Source: Pseudomonas aeruginosa
GTDB taxonomy: Bacteria > Pseudomonadota > Gammaproteobacteria > Pseudomonadales > Pseudomonadaceae
Direction of reading: 5' to 3'
NCBI RefSeq assembly: GCF_001457615.1
Contig: NZ_LN831024.1
Location: forward strand, 5,730,001 to 5,762,000
DNA: 32,000 nt
Shown here: piece by piece, positions 20,335 through 32,000 of the stretch
Position numbering within the stretch: the stretch's first letter is position 1
Layout of the letters: each line of letters opens with the position of its first letter
Made by a program: the position numbers and the translations under genes
The notes under the pieces: model-generated
The model's input: the letters and a program-made list of their open reading frames with translations, nothing else
Databases searched by the model: none
What the model was told of the DNA's origin: nothing

Positions 20335-20751
20335 TTATTGGGTTCTCGCGACACGCTCGAGCACTGCGCTCAGCTCATCCAGCTTAGCAGAGAGTGCTTC
20401 GACATCGTTCCGGGAAGGTATGCCTATCCGGTTCAACGTGCTAGCGACACGGCTGTCGAATGCCTGCTCGATCCTGTCGAGCTGGTCTTCGACTTTTCCC
20501 TTCACCGAAGAGAGGCCGGTCTTGACACTGTCATTGGCCGAATCGACCTGACTTGTGACCAGCGATTTGCCTTTTTTCTCCAGGGCTTCGCCAGCTTTCA
20601 CCAATTCCTTGAAGTAGTCGCTGCCTTCGGTGCCCAGGCGGGAATACGCACCCAGGCCGGCAAGCCAGATCTGGCGGGCATAGTGGCGGATCTCGGAGAC
20701 CAGGGAAGTGGATTCGGAAACGGTCTTTTTCTTCAGGGCAATCTTGGCCAT
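20335..20751 (-). CDS. phaI: PHA granule-associated phasin (138 aa)
   Basis: MAKIALKKKTVSESTSLVSEIRHYARQIWLAGLGAYSRLGTEGSDYFKELVKAGE, paralogous to the PhaF N-terminal domain; 10 nt from the phaF start. Confidence 0.95.
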   Translation of the reverse strand: MAKIALKKKTVSESTSLVSEIRHYARQIWLAGLGAYSRLGTEGSDYFKELVKAGEALEKKGKSLVTSQVDSANDSVKTGLSSVKGKVEDQLDRIEQAFDSRVASTLNRIGIPSRNDVEALSAKLDELSAVLERVARTQ

Positions 20752-20894
20752 GGGGCACCTCACGCTCGTTGGGTTGAAGAAACCGCAGGCGCCGCCGGAA
20801 CGCTGGCAGCGTGAGAGCAAGGTATCGGGGAAAATTAGAAACCGCATACTAAGCGGAAGATGGGCGCCGCCAGGACGGCGAACGCCCGGCGGGA

Positions 20895-21170
20895 TCAGGC
20901 CAGCGCCTTGTCCAGCGCCTTCTCGATCTCGCCCTTGAGCAGGCCGCTCATGGCCGACAGCATCAGGCCGAGCTTGACGTCCACCGCGACCTTGTCCGCC
21001 CCCACCGCGATCCTGCCGTCGACGCCACTGCGTTTGAAGGTCAGCTCGTCGCCCTGCCATTCGCACTGCACGCCGTGCTCCTTCGCCAGACGTTCGGCCA
21101 GTTTCTCCGCCTTGGCCCGTGCGGCGTCCAGCCCCAGGCTGTGCGGACGTTCGATGTGGATACGCGACAT
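20895..21170 (-). CDS. Polyhydroxyalkanoic acid system family protein (PHA_gran_rgn-like), 91 aa
   Basis: [74 protein letters not shown]...EKALDKAL; the longer ORF call has an implausible N-terminus. Confidence 0.85.
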   Translation of the reverse strand: MSRIHIERPHSLGLDAARAKAEKLAERLAKEHGVQCEWQGDELTFKRSGVDGRIAVGADKVAVDVKLGLMLSAMSGLLKGEIEKALDKALA

Positions 21171-21305
21171 GGATCGACTCCTGATTGCAGATCGGAAAAC
21201 TATACGCGGCCAGACAAAACACCGCACCCGCGCCGTCGGACGGCGGCACAGCACTTTCCCCACATCCTGTTAGAATGCCCGGCATTCTTTCCAGGTGAGA
21301 ACGTC

Positions 21306-22076
21306 ATGAACGATCCCCGCAAAGGCGCCGACGCCGAACCCACCACCCACTTCGGCTACCAGAACGTTCCGGAAAGCCAGAAGGCGAAGAAGGTCGCCGA
21401 GGTATTCCACTCGGTGGCAGCCAAGTACGACCTGATGAACGACCTGATGTCCGGTGGCATCCATCGCCTGTGGAAGCGCTTCACCATCGAGCTGTCCGGC
21501 GTGCGCAGCGGGAACCGCGTGCTCGACATCGCCGGCGGCACCGGCGACCTGACCCGGCAGTTCTCGCGCCTGGTCGGCCCGACCGGCGAGGTGGTGCTGG
21601 CCGACATCAACGCCTCGATGCTCAAGGTCGGCCGCGACAAGCTGCTCGACAAGGGCGTCTCCGGCAACGTCAGCTTCGTCCAGGCGGACGCCGAGAAGCT
21701 GCCCTTCCCGGACAACCACTTCGACTGCGTGACCATCGCCTTCGGCCTGCGCAACGTCACCCACAAGGACGAAGCGATCCGCTCCATGCTGCGCGTGCTC
21801 AAGCCCGGTGGCCGCCTGCTGGTGCTGGAGTTCTCCAAGCCGAGCAGCAACCTGCTGTCCAAGGCCTACGACGCCTATTCGTTCAGCCTGCTGCCGCTGA
21901 TGGGCAAGCTGGTCACCAACGACTCCGAGAGCTATCGCTACCTGGCCGAGTCGATCCGCATGCACCCCGACCAGGAAACCCTGAAGGCGATGATGGTGGA
22001 AGCCGGCTTCGACCGCGTGACCTACCACAACATGACCGGCGGCATCGTCGCCCTGCACCGCGGTATCAAGCCTTAA
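21306..22076 (+). CDS. ubiE: Ubiquinone/menaquinone biosynthesis C-methyltransferase UbiE (256 aa)
   Basis: [70 protein letters not shown]. Confidence 0.97.
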   Translation: MNDPRKGADAEPTTHFGYQNVPESQKAKKVAEVFHSVAAKYDLMNDLMSGGIHRLWKRFTIELSGVRSGNRVLDIAGGTGDLTRQFSRLVGPTGEVVLADINASMLKVGRDKLLDKGVSGNVSFVQADAEKLPFPDNHFDCVTIAFGLRNVTHKDEAIRSMLRVLKPGGRLLVLEFSKPSSNLLSKAYDAYSFSLLPLMGKLVTNDSESYRYLAESIRMHPDQETLKAMMVEAGFDRVTYHNMTGGIVALHRGIKP

Positions 22077-22090
22077 CCGAGGGCGCGCCG

Positions 22091-22717
22091 ATGAGCTCGC
22101 TGCTGATCCAGGCCGTGCTGGCCGCCGCCGAAACCGGCATCAATCGCGTCCTGCGCCTCGACGGGACAGCGCTGCCGCGCCTGCGCAGGCTTTCCGCCAA
22201 GGTCATCGAGGTCGACTGCCTGAGCCCGCCGCTGCGGGTCTTCATCCTGCCCGCCGGCGACGGCCTGCACTTCGCCGCGCAGCATGAGGCGGAGGTCGAC
22301 TGCACCTTGCGTGCGCCGGCCGGCAACCTCCTGCACCTGGCCCTGGCGCGCGACAAGACCCGCGTCCTGCACAGCCCGGAAGTCAGCATGGACGGCGACA
22401 GCGCGGCCCTGCTGGAACTGGCCGGCATCCTGCAGAGCCTGGAGCTGGACTGGGAGTACGAACTGTCGCGCTGGCTCGGCCCGCTCGCCACCCAGGTGCT
22501 CGGCAGCAGCCTGCGCGACGCTTCGCGCTGGAGCGCGCAGAGCCTGCACAGCCTGCGCCTGAACCTGGCCGACTACCTTGCCGAGGAAAGCCGTACGCTG
22601 GTCGGCCAGCACGAAGCCGAAGCCCGCTTCGCCGAACTGGACCAGCTGAAGCTGGCCCTCGATCGTCTCGACGCGCGCGTCGGACGCCTCAGCCAAAAGA
22701 CCAAGCCCGACGCATGA
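22091..22717 (+). CDS. ubiJ: SCP2-domain ubiquinone biosynthesis accessory factor UbiJ-like (208 aa)
   Basis: [54 protein letters not shown], position between ubiE and ubiB as in E. coli. Confidence 0.87.
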   Translation: MSSLLIQAVLAAAETGINRVLRLDGTALPRLRRLSAKVIEVDCLSPPLRVFILPAGDGLHFAAQHEAEVDCTLRAPAGNLLHLALARDKTRVLHSPEVSMDGDSAALLELAGILQSLELDWEYELSRWLGPLATQVLGSSLRDASRWSAQSLHSLRLNLADYLAEESRTLVGQHEAEARFAELDQLKLALDRLDARVGRLSQKTKPDA

Positions 22718-24315
22718 AGCTCCTCGCTGTCCGCCGCCTCCTGCGCATCCAGCGCGTCGTCATCCGCTACCGCCTGGACGACCTGATCCTCGAACTGCCG
22801 ATGCTGCCCTGGTGGCTGCGCCTGCTCGGTGCCACCCTGCCCTGGCGCTGGCTGCCGCGGCGCAAGCTGGAACTGACCCGCGGCGCGCGCCTGCGCCTGG
22901 CGCTGCAGGACCTCGGACCGATCTTCATCAAGTTCGGCCAGATTCTCTCCACCCGCCGCGACCTGCTGCCCGACGACATCGCCAACGAACTGGCCTGGCT
23001 GCAGGACAAGGTGCCGCCCTTCCCGCCGGAGCTGGCGGTCAAGCGCATCGAGGAACAACTGGGCGCGAAGATCGAACAGGTCTTCGCCCGCTTCGAACGC
23101 GAACCGCTGGCCTCTGCCTCGGTGGCCCAGGTCCACGCCGCGCGGCTGAAGAGCGGCGAGGAAGTGGTGGTGAAGGTGATCCGGCCGAACCTGGAACCGG
23201 TGATCCGCTCCGACATCGCCTGGCTGTTCATCCTCGCCCGCCTCGCCGAGCGGGTCTCCAGCGAGGCGCGGCGCCTGCACCCCGTGGAAGTGGTCAGCGA
23301 CTACGAGAAAACCATCGTCGACGAACTCGACCTGCTCCGCGAGGCAGCCAACGCCTCGCAGCTGCGGCGCAACTTCGAAGGCTCGCCGCTGCTCTACGTG
23401 CCACAGGTCTACTGGGACTGGTGCCGGCCCAAGGTGCTGGTGATGGAGCGCATCTACGGCATCCCGGTGACCGACCTGGAAACCCTGCGCGACCAGCGCA
23501 CCGACTTCAAGGCACTGGCCGAGCGCGGCGTGGAGATCTTCTTCACCCAGGTGTTCCGCGACAGCTTCTTCCATGCCGACATGCACCCCGGCAACATCTT
23601 CGTCAGCACCCGCGCGCCCTGGAGCCCGCAATACATCGCGGTGGACTGCGGCATCGTCGGCAGCCTGACCGACGAGGACCAGGACTACCTGGCGCGCAAC
23701 CTGATCGCCTTCTTCAAGCGCGACTACCGCAAGGTCGCCCAACTGCATATCGACTCCGGCTGGGTACCGGCGGAAACCAAGGTCAACGACTTCGAGGCGG
23801 CGATCCGCACCGTCTGCGAACCGATCTTCGAGAAGCCGCTGAAGGACATCTCCTTCGGCCAGGTCCTGCTGCGCCTGTTCCAGACCGCGCGTCGTTTCAA
23901 CATGGAGATCCAGCCGCAACTGGTGCTGCTGCAGAAGACCCTGCTGAACATCGAAGGCCTCGGCCGCCAGCTCTACCCGGAACTCGACCTGTGGGCCACC
24001 GCCCAGCCGTTCCTGGAGCGCTGGATGCGCGAACGGGTCAGCCCGAAGCAGTTGCTGCGCAATTTCCAGCAACAGGTCGAGCAGGTGCCGCACCTGTCGC
24101 AAATGGCCCGCGACACCCTCGAACGCCTGTCACAACCGCACGCCCACAATGCGCCGCCGCCGGAGTGGAAAGGTTCCCGCCACGACTGGCTCGGGCGCCT
24201 GGTGGGCGCGGTGCTGCTGGTCGGCGCCGCCGAGGTCGGCCTGGGTCAGCAGTTGGAAGCCTGGCCGGCGTGGGTGATGCTGGCCGGCGGGGTGTTCCTG
24301 ATCCTGCGCCGCTAG
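22714..24315 (+). CDS. ubiB: ABC1/ADCK-type atypical kinase UbiB (533 aa), ATGA overlap with the upstream gene
   Basis: [42 protein letters not shown] (KxGQ motif), [13 protein letters not shown]-terminal TM helices. Confidence 0.97.
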   Translation: MKLLAVRRLLRIQRVVIRYRLDDLILELPMLPWWLRLLGATLPWRWLPRRKLELTRGARLRLALQDLGPIFIKFGQILSTRRDLLPDDIANELAWLQDKVPPFPPELAVKRIEEQLGAKIEQVFARFEREPLASASVAQVHAARLKSGEEVVVKVIRPNLEPVIRSDIAWLFILARLAERVSSEARRLHPVEVVSDYEKTIVDELDLLREAANASQLRRNFEGSPLLYVPQVYWDWCRPKVLVMERIYGIPVTDLETLRDQRTDFKALAERGVEIFFTQVFRDSFFHADMHPGNIFVSTRAPWSPQYIAVDCGIVGSLTDEDQDYLARNLIAFFKRDYRKVAQLHIDSGWVPAETKVNDFEAAIRTVCEPIFEKPLKDISFGQVLLRLFQTARRFNMEIQPQLVLLQKTLLNIEGLGRQLYPELDLWATAQPFLERWMRERVSPKQLLRNFQQQVEQVPHLSQMARDTLERLSQPHAHNAPPPEWKGSRHDWLGRLVGAVLLVGAAEVGLGQQLEAWPAWVMLAGGVFLILRR

Positions 24316-24430
24316 CGCCGCGCACGGCCACTAGGCCCGCGCCGATAGCCAGTCGCGCTCCCGGCTGGCACACTACTCCCATTTCCGCCGGAAACGCGCG
24401 CAACGTACCGGCAACGAACGTGGAAAGACC

Positions 24431-24835
24431 ATGAAAGACTGGCTGGATGAGATTCACTGGAACGCCGACGGCCTGGTCCCGGCGATCGCCCAGGATCACG
24501 AGACCGGGCGCGTGCTGATGATGGCCTGGATGAACCGCGAGGCGCTGGCCCTGACCGCCAGCGAGAACCGTGCAATCTATTGGTCGCGTTCGCGTGGCAA
24601 GCTGTGGCGCAAGGGCGAGGAGTCCGGGCATGTGCAGAAGCTGCACGAACTGCGCCTGGACTGCGACGCCGACGTGGTCATCCTGATGGTCGAGCAGGTC
24701 GGCGGGATCGCCTGCCATACCGGCCGGGAAAGCTGTTTCTACCGTGTCTTCGAGAATGGCGCCTGGAAGACCGTCGATCCGGTGCTGAAGGACCCGGACG
24801 CTATCTACGAACACGCAGGACACCACCATGAGTGA
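24431..24835 (+). CDS. hisI: Phosphoribosyl-AMP cyclohydrolase
   Basis: [72 protein letters not shown]. Confidence 0.97.
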   Translation: MKDWLDEIHWNADGLVPAIAQDHETGRVLMMAWMNREALALTASENRAIYWSRSRGKLWRKGEESGHVQKLHELRLDCDADVVILMVEQVGGIACHTGRESCFYRVFENGAWKTVDPVLKDPDAIYEHAGHHHE

Positions 24836-25163
24836 CACCCTGACCCGCCTGGCGGCGGTGCTCGAGGAGCGCAAGAACGCCGCGCCCGACAGCTCCTACG
24901 TGGCCAGTCTGTACCACAAGGGCCTGAACAAGATCCTGGAGAAGGTCGGCGAGGAGTCGGTGGAAACCATCATCGCCGCCAAGGATGCCGCGGCCAGCGG
25001 CGACTGCCAGGACCTGATCTACGAAACCGCCGACCTCTGGTTCCACTCGCTGGTGATGCTCTCGGCCCTCGGCCAGCATCCGCAAGCCGTGCTGGACGAA
25101 CTGGAGCGCCGCTTCGGCCTTTCCGGCCACGCCGAGAAAGCCGCCCGCCAACCATCGGCCTGA
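24828..25163 (+). CDS. hisE: Phosphoribosyl-ATP pyrophosphatase (111 aa)
   Basis: [34 protein letters not shown]...[17 protein letters not shown]; overlaps hisI by 8 nt. Confidence 0.96.
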
Positions 25164-25188
25164 ACCTACACATTGCGAGGAATACGAC

Positions 25189-25437
25189 ATGGGCATTTTT
25201 GACTGGAAACACTGGATCGTCATCCTGATCGTCGTGGTACTGGTGTTCGGCACCAAGCGCCTGAAGAACCTCGGTTCCGACGTCGGCGAAGCGATCAAGG
25301 GCTTCCGCAAGGCGGTGAACACCGAGGAAGACGACAAGAAGGACCAGCCCGCCGCCCAGCCGGCCCAACCGCTGAACCAGCCGCACACCATCGACGCCCA
25401 GGCGCAGAAGGTCGAAGAGCCGGCGCGCAAGGACTGA
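25189..25437 (+). CDS. tatA: Sec-independent (twin-arginine) translocase subunit TatA
   Basis: [43 protein letters not shown]. Confidence 0.96.
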
Positions 25438-25450
25438 CGGGTAGCCATCG

Positions 25451-25879
25451 ATGTTCGGAATCAGCTTCAGCGAACTGTTGCTGGTCGGGTTGGTCGCCCT
25501 GCTGGTGCTCGGCCCCGAGCGCCTGCCGGGCGCCGCACGTACCGCCGGCCTGTGGATCGGCCGCCTGAAGCGCAGTTTCAATACCATCAAGCAGGAAGTG
25601 GAACGGGAAATCGGCGCGGACGAGATCCGCCGGCAACTGCACAACGAGCACATCCTCTCGATGGAGCGCGAAGCGCAGAAGCTGCTGGCCCCGCTGACCG
25701 GCCAGAATCCCTCGCAGGAACCCCAGCCGCCGACGGTCGAGAGCCCGGCGCCGCCGAGCGTACCCACGCCGCCGCCGACCAGCACGCCTGCGGTTCCGCC
25801 CGCGGACGCCGCGGCACCGCCGGCAGTCGCTGCCTCCACTCCCCCTTCGCCACCGTCCGAGACGCCGCGTAATCCATGA
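25451..25879 (+). CDS. tatB: Twin-arginine translocase subunit TatB
   Basis: [44 protein letters not shown]. Confidence 0.95.
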   Translation: MFGISFSELLLVGLVALLVLGPERLPGAARTAGLWIGRLKRSFNTIKQEVEREIGADEIRRQLHNEHILSMEREAQKLLAPLTGQNPSQEPQPPTVESPAPPSVPTPPPTSTPAVPPADAAAPPAVAASTPPSPPSETPRNP

Positions 25880-26679
25880 GCGCCGATAAACCCGAGCAGC
25901 CCGAGCACGACCAGGAAATGCCCCTGGTCTCGCACCTGACCGAACTGCGTACGCGCCTGCTCCGCAGCGTGGCGGCGATCTTCCTGATCTTCGCCGGCCT
26001 GTTCTACTTCTCGCAGAAGATCTACACCCTGGTCTCCGAGCCGTTGCGCCGCTTCCTTCCGGAAGGCACCAGCATGATCGCCACCGACGTCGCCTCGCCG
26101 TTCCTCGCGCCGTTCAAGCTGACCATGGTGGTGGCGCTGTTCCTCGCCATGCCGGTGATCCTCGCGCAGGTCTGGGGCTTCATCGCGCCCGGCCTGTACA
26201 AGCACGAGAAGCGCGTGGCGCTGCCGCTGCTGGTGTCCAGCATCATCCTGTTCTACGCCGGGATGGCCTTCGCCTACTTCCTGGTGTTCCCGATGATCTT
26301 CCACTTCTTCGCCAGCGTGACGCCCGAGGGCGTGGCGATGATGACGGACATCAACAGCTACCTGGACTTCGTCCTGACCCTGTTCTTCGCCTTCGGCGTC
26401 GCCTTCGAGATCCCGGTGGCCACGGTGCTGCTGATCTGGATCGGGGTGGTCGACGTCGAGTACCTGAAGAAGATCCGCCCGTACGTGATCATCGGCTGCT
26501 TCGTGGTCGGCATGGTCCTGACCCCGCCGGACATCTTCTCCCAGACCATGCTCGCGGTGCCGATGTGGCTGCTGTTCGAGATCGGCCTGCTGTTCGGCCG
26601 CCTGGTACGCAAGCGCGGCGAGCATCCGGACGACCAACCGGCCAGCGACGGCGACCAGCCTCCGGCCACCCGCCAGTGA
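25876..26679 (+). CDS. tatC: Twin-arginine translocase subunit TatC
   Basis: [22 protein letters not shown]..., [32 protein letters not shown], multiple TM helices; ATGA overlap with tatB. Confidence 0.97.
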   Translation: MSADKPEQPEHDQEMPLVSHLTELRTRLLRSVAAIFLIFAGLFYFSQKIYTLVSEPLRRFLPEGTSMIATDVASPFLAPFKLTMVVALFLAMPVILAQVWGFIAPGLYKHEKRVALPLLVSSIILFYAGMAFAYFLVFPMIFHFFASVTPEGVAMMTDINSYLDFVLTLFFAFGVAFEIPVATVLLIWIGVVDVEYLKKIRPYVIIGCFVVGMVLTPPDIFSQTMLAVPMWLLFEIGLLFGRLVRKRGEHPDDQPASDGDQPPATRQ

Positions 26680-27383
26680 ACCTGCTGCTCCTCGACGACG
26701 CCGACTTCGTGTCGGCGGATCGTGCGGTCCTGCACGATCGCCGCCTCAAGCACCTGCACGAAGTGCACCGCGCCGAGAACGGCGACACCCTGCGGGTCGG
26801 CCGCCTCGGCGGCTGGATGGGCGAAGGTCGCCTGCTGAAGCTCGACGCCAGCGAGGCGACCCTGGAAGTGCGCTTCGACCAGCCGCCGCCGGCCAAGCTG
26901 CCGATCACCCTGCTGCTGGCCTTGCCGCGACCGAAGATGCTCCGCCGGGTGTTGCAGACCATCGCCGCGATGGGCGTACCGAAGCTGGTGCTGCTGAACA
27001 GCTACCGCGTGGAAAAGAGCTTCTGGCAGACCCCGTTCCTCGACCCGGCGGCGATCCGCGAGAACCTGGTCCTCGGCCTGGAGCAGGCCCGCGATACGGT
27101 GCTGCCGGAAATCATCGTCGAGAAGCGCTTCAAACCCTTCGTCGAAGACCGCCTGCCGGCCCTGGCCGCCGGCAGCCTCGGCCTGGTCGGCCATCCCGGT
27201 CCCTGGCCGGCCTGTCCGCGCGCGGTGGAGAAGCCGGTGACCCTGGCGATCGGCCCGGAAGGCGGCTGGATTCCCTACGAGGTCGACAAGCTGCGCGAAG
27301 CCGGACTGCATCCGGTGCAGCTCGGCGAACGCATCCTGCGCGTGGAAACCGCGGTCAGCGCCCTGCTTGCGCGGTTGTTCTGA
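26676..27383 (+). CDS. rsmE: 16S rRNA (uracil1498-N3)-methyltransferase RsmE (GTG start, GTGA overlap with tatC)
   Basis: [41 protein letters not shown]..., [26 protein letters not shown]. Confidence 0.92.
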   Translation: MNLLLLDDADFVSADRAVLHDRRLKHLHEVHRAENGDTLRVGRLGGWMGEGRLLKLDASEATLEVRFDQPPPAKLPITLLLALPRPKMLRRVLQTIAAMGVPKLVLLNSYRVEKSFWQTPFLDPAAIRENLVLGLEQARDTVLPEIIVEKRFKPFVEDRLPALAAGSLGLVGHPGPWPACPRAVEKPVTLAIGPEGGWIPYEVDKLREAGLHPVQLGERILRVETAVSALLARLF

Positions 27384-27594
27384 AAAAACTCCGGTAAAAG
27401 ACTGAAGGTTTTCCCCGCCCGGCCGACATCCTCTGTCGCGCAGGGCTCCGCACGACAACCATAAGACCTCGCCCGCCGGCCACGTACCGGCCCTCCGCGC
27501 CCGCACGCCGGACGCGACGACGCTGAGCCATTACCTGTTCCGCCACGCCATGGGGCTGCCAACCCAGGGTGTCGCACTGCCTGGAGTAATGACG

Positions 27595-29538
27595 ATGTAC
27601 GATTGGTGGGTTCTCCAACTGGCCAAGCTGAGCGTCAGCCGCAAGCTGATGGTCGGTTTCGGTGTCCTCCTCGCGCTGCTTCTGCTGGTGGTGATCAGCA
27701 GCAACCGCACCCTCACGCACCAGACCGCCCTCAGCGAGCAGCTCGCCGAAGTCGCCAGCCTGATGGAACAAACCCAGCAAGCCGAACAAGGCCGCCTGGC
27801 ATTCGAAGCCGGCAGCGACCCGCGCCAGGCCGAGCAGGTCCGCCAGACCCTGGCCGGGATGCTCCAGCGCCTGCAGGCGCTGCGCGACAGCGAGCTCGAC
27901 CCGGCCGCCCTGGCCCACCAGACCGAAGCCATCGAAGCCTACCGCAAGGCTTTCGACGACCTCGCCGCAGCCGATCAGCAACGCAGCGCCGCCCGTGGTG
28001 TGCTGGTGGGCACTGCACAGCAGGCGCTGGACAGCTTCGCCCGCCTCGAGGAACTGATGGACGCCAGCCTCGCGCAGCAGGCCGGCGACCCGCAGGCGTT
28101 GCAACGTAGCCGTGCGGTGGCCGACCTGCACCAACAGTTGCTCATGGTGCGTTACCAGGTGCGCGGCTACGTCTTCGAACGCAGCGACAAGGCCGAGCAG
28201 GCCGCGTTCGCCGCGTTCGACGCCCTCCGCCAGGCCGCCACGACGCTGCGTGGCCAGTTGCCCGGCGAGGCCGATGCGGCGCTGGAACAGGCCATGCGCA
28301 GCCTCCAGGGCTATCGTGGCGGGATCGAGCAGTTCCGTGCCGGCGTCATCCGCACGCGCCAGGCGCAGCAAGCGATGCAAAGCAGCACCCAGGATATGGC
28401 CCGGGCCGGCCGGACCCTCACCGAAGCCGGTCGCCAATTGCGCGAGAGCACCGCCAGCCGCGACCGCGCCAGCCTCTGGCTGATCGCCGCGCTGGCCCTG
28501 GCCTTCGGCTGCGTCGCCGGCTGGGCGATCAACCGGCAGATCGTCCGGCCGCTGGACGAAGCCCTCGCGCAGGCCGAGGCCATCGCCGCCGGCGACCTCG
28601 GCAAGCGTCCGCAGAATCCCCTGACCCTCCAGCGCCGCGACGAACTGGGCCAGTTGCAGCGAGTCATGCAGCGCATGGGCGACAGCCTGCGCGAGCTGGT
28701 CGGGCGGATCGGCGACGGCGTCAGCCAGTTGGCCAGCTCCGCCGAGGAACTCTCGGCGGTCACCGAGCAGACCCGCGCCGGGGTCAACAGCCAGAAAGTG
28801 GAGACCGACCAGGTCGCCACCGCCATGCACGAGATGGCCGCCACCGTGCAGGACGTCGCGCGCAACGCCGAACTGGCTTCCCAGGCCGCTCGCCAGGCCG
28901 ACGAAGAGGCGCGCCAGGGCGACGCGGTGGTCGACCAGGCGGTGACCCGCATCGAGCGCCTGGCTAGCGAAATGGACGTTTCCAGCGAAGCCATGGCGCG
29001 CCTGAAGAACGAGAGCGAGCAGATCGGCAGCGTCCTCGACGTGATCAAGTCGGTGGCCGAGCAAACCAACCTGCTGGCGCTCAACGCAGCCATCGAAGCG
29101 GCACGCGCCGGCGACGCCGGACGCGGCTTCGCGGTGGTCGCCGACGAGGTCCGCGGCCTGGCCCAGCGCACCCAGCAGTCCACCGCCGAGATCGAGGGCC
29201 TGATCCAGCGTCTCCAGCAGGGCGCCGGCGAAGCCGCCGAACGCCTGGAGAACAGCCGCTCGCTGACCGCCAGCACGGTGGAACTGGCGCGCCGCGCGGG
29301 CGCCGCGCTGGACAGCATCACCCGCACCGTCTCCGACATCCAGAACATGAACCTGCAGATCGCCACTGCCGCGGAGCAACAGAGCACGGTGGCCGAGGAG
29401 ATCAACCGCAGCGTCCTCAGCGTACGCGACGTCGCCGAGCAGTCGGCCGCCGCCAGCGAGCAGACCGCCGCCTCCAGCGGCGAGCTGGCGCGCCTGGGCA
29501 CGCAGTTGCAGGCACAGGTGGGACGCTTCCGCCTGTAA
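27595..29538 (+). CDS. mcpK: Methyl-accepting chemotaxis protein with helical-bimodular-type sensor, HAMP and MCP signalling domains (647 aa; McpK-like, alpha-ketoglutarate sensor of P. aeruginosa)
   Basis: TM1 [19 protein letters not shown], large helical periplasmic region, TM2 [23 protein letters not shown], signalling hairpin [39 protein letters not shown]. The McpK assignment rests on locus recall. Confidence 0.85.
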   Translation: MYDWWVLQLAKLSVSRKLMVGFGVLLALLLLVVISSNRTLTHQTALSEQLAEVASLMEQTQQAEQGRLAFEAGSDPRQAEQVRQTLAGMLQRLQALRDSELDPAALAHQTEAIEAYRKAFDDLAAADQQRSAARGVLVGTAQQALDSFARLEELMDASLAQQAGDPQALQRSRAVADLHQQLLMVRYQVRGYVFERSDKAEQAAFAAFDALRQAATTLRGQLPGEADAALEQAMRSLQGYRGGIEQFRAGVIRTRQAQQAMQSSTQDMARAGRTLTEAGRQLRESTASRDRASLWLIAALALAFGCVAGWAINRQIVRPLDEALAQAEAIAAGDLGKRPQNPLTLQRRDELGQLQRVMQRMGDSLRELVGRIGDGVSQLASSAEELSAVTEQTRAGVNSQKVETDQVATAMHEMAATVQDVARNAELASQAARQADEEARQGDAVVDQAVTRIERLASEMDVSSEAMARLKNESEQIGSVLDVIKSVAEQTNLLALNAAIEAARAGDAGRGFAVVADEVRGLAQRTQQSTAEIEGLIQRLQQGAGEAAERLENSRSLTASTVELARRAGAALDSITRTVSDIQNMNLQIATAAEQQSTVAEEINRSVLSVRDVAEQSAAASEQTAASSGELARLGTQLQAQVGRFRL

Positions 29539-29568
29539 CATCCCGAGAGGATCCTCCTTGCATCGGCA

Positions 29569-29603
29569 GCCCCTCCCGTCCATCGAAAGCGGACAGGAGG
29601 GGC
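29569..29603 (+). terminator. Hairpin after the chemoreceptor gene, weak terminator candidate
   Basis: gcccctcc(c)gtcc-loop-ggac(a)ggaggggc; 8+4 bp with one internal mismatch, followed by acctttgcg rather than a T-run. Confidence 0.45.
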
Positions 29604-29647
29604 ACCTTTGCGTAGGATCAGGCTTTCGCCTTTTGGGAGATGACGCC

Positions 29648-30109
29648 ATGCGCCCGATGACCATCGATATCGACGAACTGGCCTTCGCCCTGGATACCCC
29701 GGGAATCGACCACTACCTCGACCTGCACAGCGGCAAGGTGCTGCTGATCTCCGCCGAGGCGCCCGATCCCGAACTGGACGCATTGCTGGAAAACGAGCCG
29801 GAACGCCTGCTGCTGATCGACCCGCTGAGCACCACCCAGTCGCTGGGACTGATGCAGGATTTCCTCCGCGAGGTGGAAGAGCCGCACGCCTATGCGACGC
29901 TCGCCAACGCGCTGCAGAGCCGCAAGCCGTTCAAGGCCTTCAAGCACTCTCTGATGGAGTACCCGGAACTGTTGCAGGACTGGTACCGCTACCAGAACGA
30001 GCGCCTGCGCGAATGGGCGCTGGACTGGCTGGAGGACAACGATATCCAGCCGGCCGCGCGGCAGAGTCCGACGTCGCTCCTGCCGCCGCCGGGCAAGCCG
30101 TTCGCCTAG
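29648..30109 (+). CDS. UPF0158 family protein (153 aa)
   Basis: MTIDIDELAFALDTPGIDHYLDLHSGKVLLI...FLREVEEPHAYATLANALQSRKPFKAFKHSLMEYPELLQDWYRYQNERLREWALDWLED. Confidence 0.83.
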   Translation: MRPMTIDIDELAFALDTPGIDHYLDLHSGKVLLISAEAPDPELDALLENEPERLLLIDPLSTTQSLGLMQDFLREVEEPHAYATLANALQSRKPFKAFKHSLMEYPELLQDWYRYQNERLREWALDWLEDNDIQPAARQSPTSLLPPPGKPFA

Positions 30110-30116
30110 CGCGGTA

Positions 30117-30851
30117 CTAGAGGACCTGACGGAGGAAGGCCTGGGCCCGCGGGTCCTGCGGATTGTCGAAGAACTGCGCCGGCGGCGCGTCCTCCAGCAG
30201 CTTGCCGTGGTCGAAGAACAGCACGCGGTCGGCCACTTCGCGGGCAAAGCCCATCTCGTGGGTCACGCAGACCATGGTCATGCCTTCCACGGCCAGGGTC
30301 TTCATGACGTCGAGGACTTCGCCGACCATCTCCGGATCGAGCGCCGAGGTCGGTTCGTCGAACAGCATCACCTTGGGGTCCATGCACAACGCGCGAGCGA
30401 TCGCCACGCGCTGCTGCTGGCCGCCGGACAGGCGCGAGGGATATTCGTCGGCCTTCTGCCCGATGCCGACCTTGGCCAGCAGCGCCCGCGCCTTGGCCTC
30501 GCGCTCGGCCTTGCCGCGCTTGCGCACCACGCGTTGGGCCAGGCAGAGGTTCTCGAGCACGGTCATGTGCGGGAACAGGTTGAAATGCTGGAACACCATG
30601 CCGACTTCGCGGCGGTAGGCATTGATGTCGGTCCTCGGGTCGGCCAGGTCGACGCCGTCGATGCTCACCGAGCCTTCGTCGAACTCCTCCAGGCCGTTCA
30701 GGCAGCGCAGGAAGGTCGACTTGCCGGAACCGGACGGACCGATCACCACCAGTACCTCGCCCCTGGCCACGCGGGTACTCACGTCGTCCACCGCGCGCAC
30801 TACCTGGCCGCGGGTATCGAAGACCTTCAGCAGGTTGCGTACTTCAATCAC
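30117..30851 (-). CDS. Polar amino acid ABC transporter ATP-binding protein
   Basis: [11 protein letters not shown], Walker [10 protein letters not shown], signature [15 protein letters not shown], Walker [25 protein letters not shown]. Confidence 0.95.
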   Translation of the reverse strand: MIEVRNLLKVFDTRGQVVRAVDDVSTRVARGEVLVVIGPSGSGKSTFLRCLNGLEEFDEGSVSIDGVDLADPRTDINAYRREVGMVFQHFNLFPHMTVLENLCLAQRVVRKRGKAEREAKARALLAKVGIGQKADEYPSRLSGGQQQRVAIARALCMDPKVMLFDEPTSALDPEMVGEVLDVMKTLAVEGMTMVCVTHEMGFAREVADRVLFFDHGKLLEDAPPAQFFDNPQDPRAQAFLRQVL

Positions 30852-31806
30852 TTTGTCCGAGCCTCCGCTCCAGTCGGGATGCCATGTGCGAAAGGGGCAG
30901 GTTCAACAGCAGGTACAACGCGGCGACGCAGAACCAGATCTCGAAGGTGGAGAACGAGGTGGTGATCGCCTCGCGGCCGCTCTTGGTCAGTTCGGTGATG
31001 GCGATCACCGAGACCAGCGAGGTGTCCTTGACCAGGCTGATGAACTGCCCGGCCAGCGGCGGCAGCACGCGCTTGAAGGCCTGCGGCAGGATCACGTAGC
31101 GCATCGACTGGCCGGCGTTCAGGCCCAGGGAGCGGGCGGCCTCGTTCTGTCCGCGGGCGATGGACTGCACGCCGGCCCGGATGATCTCGGCCACGTAGGC
31201 GCCGGTGAACAGCGCCAGCGCCGCGACCCCGGCGAACTCGCGGGACAGGTTGAGCACGGTGCCGATGAAGAAGTAGAAGATGAAGATCTGCACCAGCAAC
31301 GGCGTGCCGCGCACCAGCTCGACGTAGATCGTCGACAGGTCGTGCAGGGTCGGGTTCTTCGACAGCCGGCAGAGGCCGGCGACCAGGCCGATAGCCAGAC
31401 CGATGGCACCGGACACCAGCGATAGCCAGAGGGTGGTCCACAGGCCCCAGAGCAGTGGGCCGGCGGCCCAGTGGCGGGTCACCCCGACCGCGTCGCCCTC
31501 GGCCACGTCGTCGCCTTCGGAGAATTGCAGGCTGTCCTGGGCGACGGTCACGACCTGCTTCTCGCCGCTCTCGCCAAGCAGCGTGACGCGCGCGTCCCTG
31601 CCCTGTTCCTCGATAGCCTCGACCCGGCCGATCTCGTTGGCCCGTAAAGGCTCCTCGGCCTGGTAGGCGAAGTACTGCGGAACGCGGTTCCAGCGCCATT
31701 CATAGGAAATCAGCGAGGTGGAGAACCACAGCGCCCAGGCCAGGACCAGCAGGATCAGCCCGGTCAGCAGGTGCCAGGGCCAGACGGAACGTTTCTTCTT
31801 GGTCAC
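30844..31806 (-). CDS. Polar amino acid ABC transporter permease (HisM/GlnP type)
   Basis: [100 protein letters not shown] (EAA loop). Confidence 0.94.
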   Translation of the reverse strand: MTKKKRSVWPWHLLTGLILLVLAWALWFSTSLISYEWRWNRVPQYFAYQAEEPLRANEIGRVEAIEEQGRDARVTLLGESGEKQVVTVAQDSLQFSEGDDVAEGDAVGVTRHWAAGPLLWGLWTTLWLSLVSGAIGLAIGLVAGLCRLSKNPTLHDLSTIYVELVRGTPLLVQIFIFYFFIGTVLNLSREFAGVAALALFTGAYVAEIIRAGVQSIARGQNEAARSLGLNAGQSMRYVILPQAFKRVLPPLAGQFISLVKDTSLVSVIAITELTKSGREAITTSFSTFEIWFCVAALYLLLNLPLSHMASRLERRLGQSD

Positions 31807-31871
31807 GGAAACTCTCTCGAACGATGGAATGCGCAGGTACGACGGCCCCCTTCGCGGGGGCCGTCAGCGGT

Positions 31872-32000
31872 TCATTCCATTTCCTTCAGCCACTCGGTGT
31901 TCTTGAACCACTTGTCGTGGATGCGCTGATAGGTGCCGTCTTCGCGGATCTGATGGAGGAAGTTGTTGATGAAATTGATGCTGTCGTAGTCGCCTTTCTT
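31872..32000 (-). CDS. Amino acid ABC transporter periplasmic solute-binding protein, C-terminal 42 residues only
   Basis: Minus-strand KKGDYDSINFINNFLHQIREDGTYQRIHDKWFKNTEWLKEME*, immediately upstream of the permease in operon order; truncated by the window. Confidence 0.8.
   Translation of the reverse strand, partial: KKGDYDSINFINNFLHQIREDGTYQRIHDKWFKNTEWLKEME

Noticed and set aside
27384-27594. Possible FliA (sigma28) promoter TAAA...GCCGAC upstream of the chemoreceptor
   Set aside because: TAAA to GCCGAC spacing is about 23 nt rather than about 15; the match is not credible.
30110-30116. Very short gap between convergent UPF0158 and ABC ATPase genes as a possible overlapping terminator
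   Set aside because: No inverted repeat or T-run is visible in or next to the gap; nothing supportable.

Overview
The window is GC-rich chromosomal DNA that looks like Pseudomonas core genome. Gene order and protein sequences match what I remember of the P. aeruginosa PA5045-PA5076 region; this is recall, no database search was run. Order: ponA(partial)> <maeB <M48 lipoprotein protease <SNase-like nuclease <rpmE | priA> argS> SPOR protein> hslV> hslU> DUF971> phaC1> phaZ> phaC2> phaD> <phaF <phaI <PHA_gran_rgn protein | ubiE> ubiJ-like> ubiB> hisI> hisE> tatA> tatB> tatC> rsmE> chemoreceptor (mcpK-like)> UPF0158> <ABC ATPase <ABC permease <ABC solute-binding protein (partial). I see no mobile element, CRISPR array, tRNA/rRNA or convincing undescribed system. 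The observations most worth a second look are regulatory or evolutionary: near-consensus sigma54 (-24/-12) motifs upstream of phaC1 and phaC2, a sigma32-like motif plus hairpin before hslV, a 121-nt near-identical DNA block shared by phaC1 and phaC2, the histone-like AAKP repeat tail of PhaF, repeats in the phaI leader, and two possible phaZ starts that change the protein by 52 aa.
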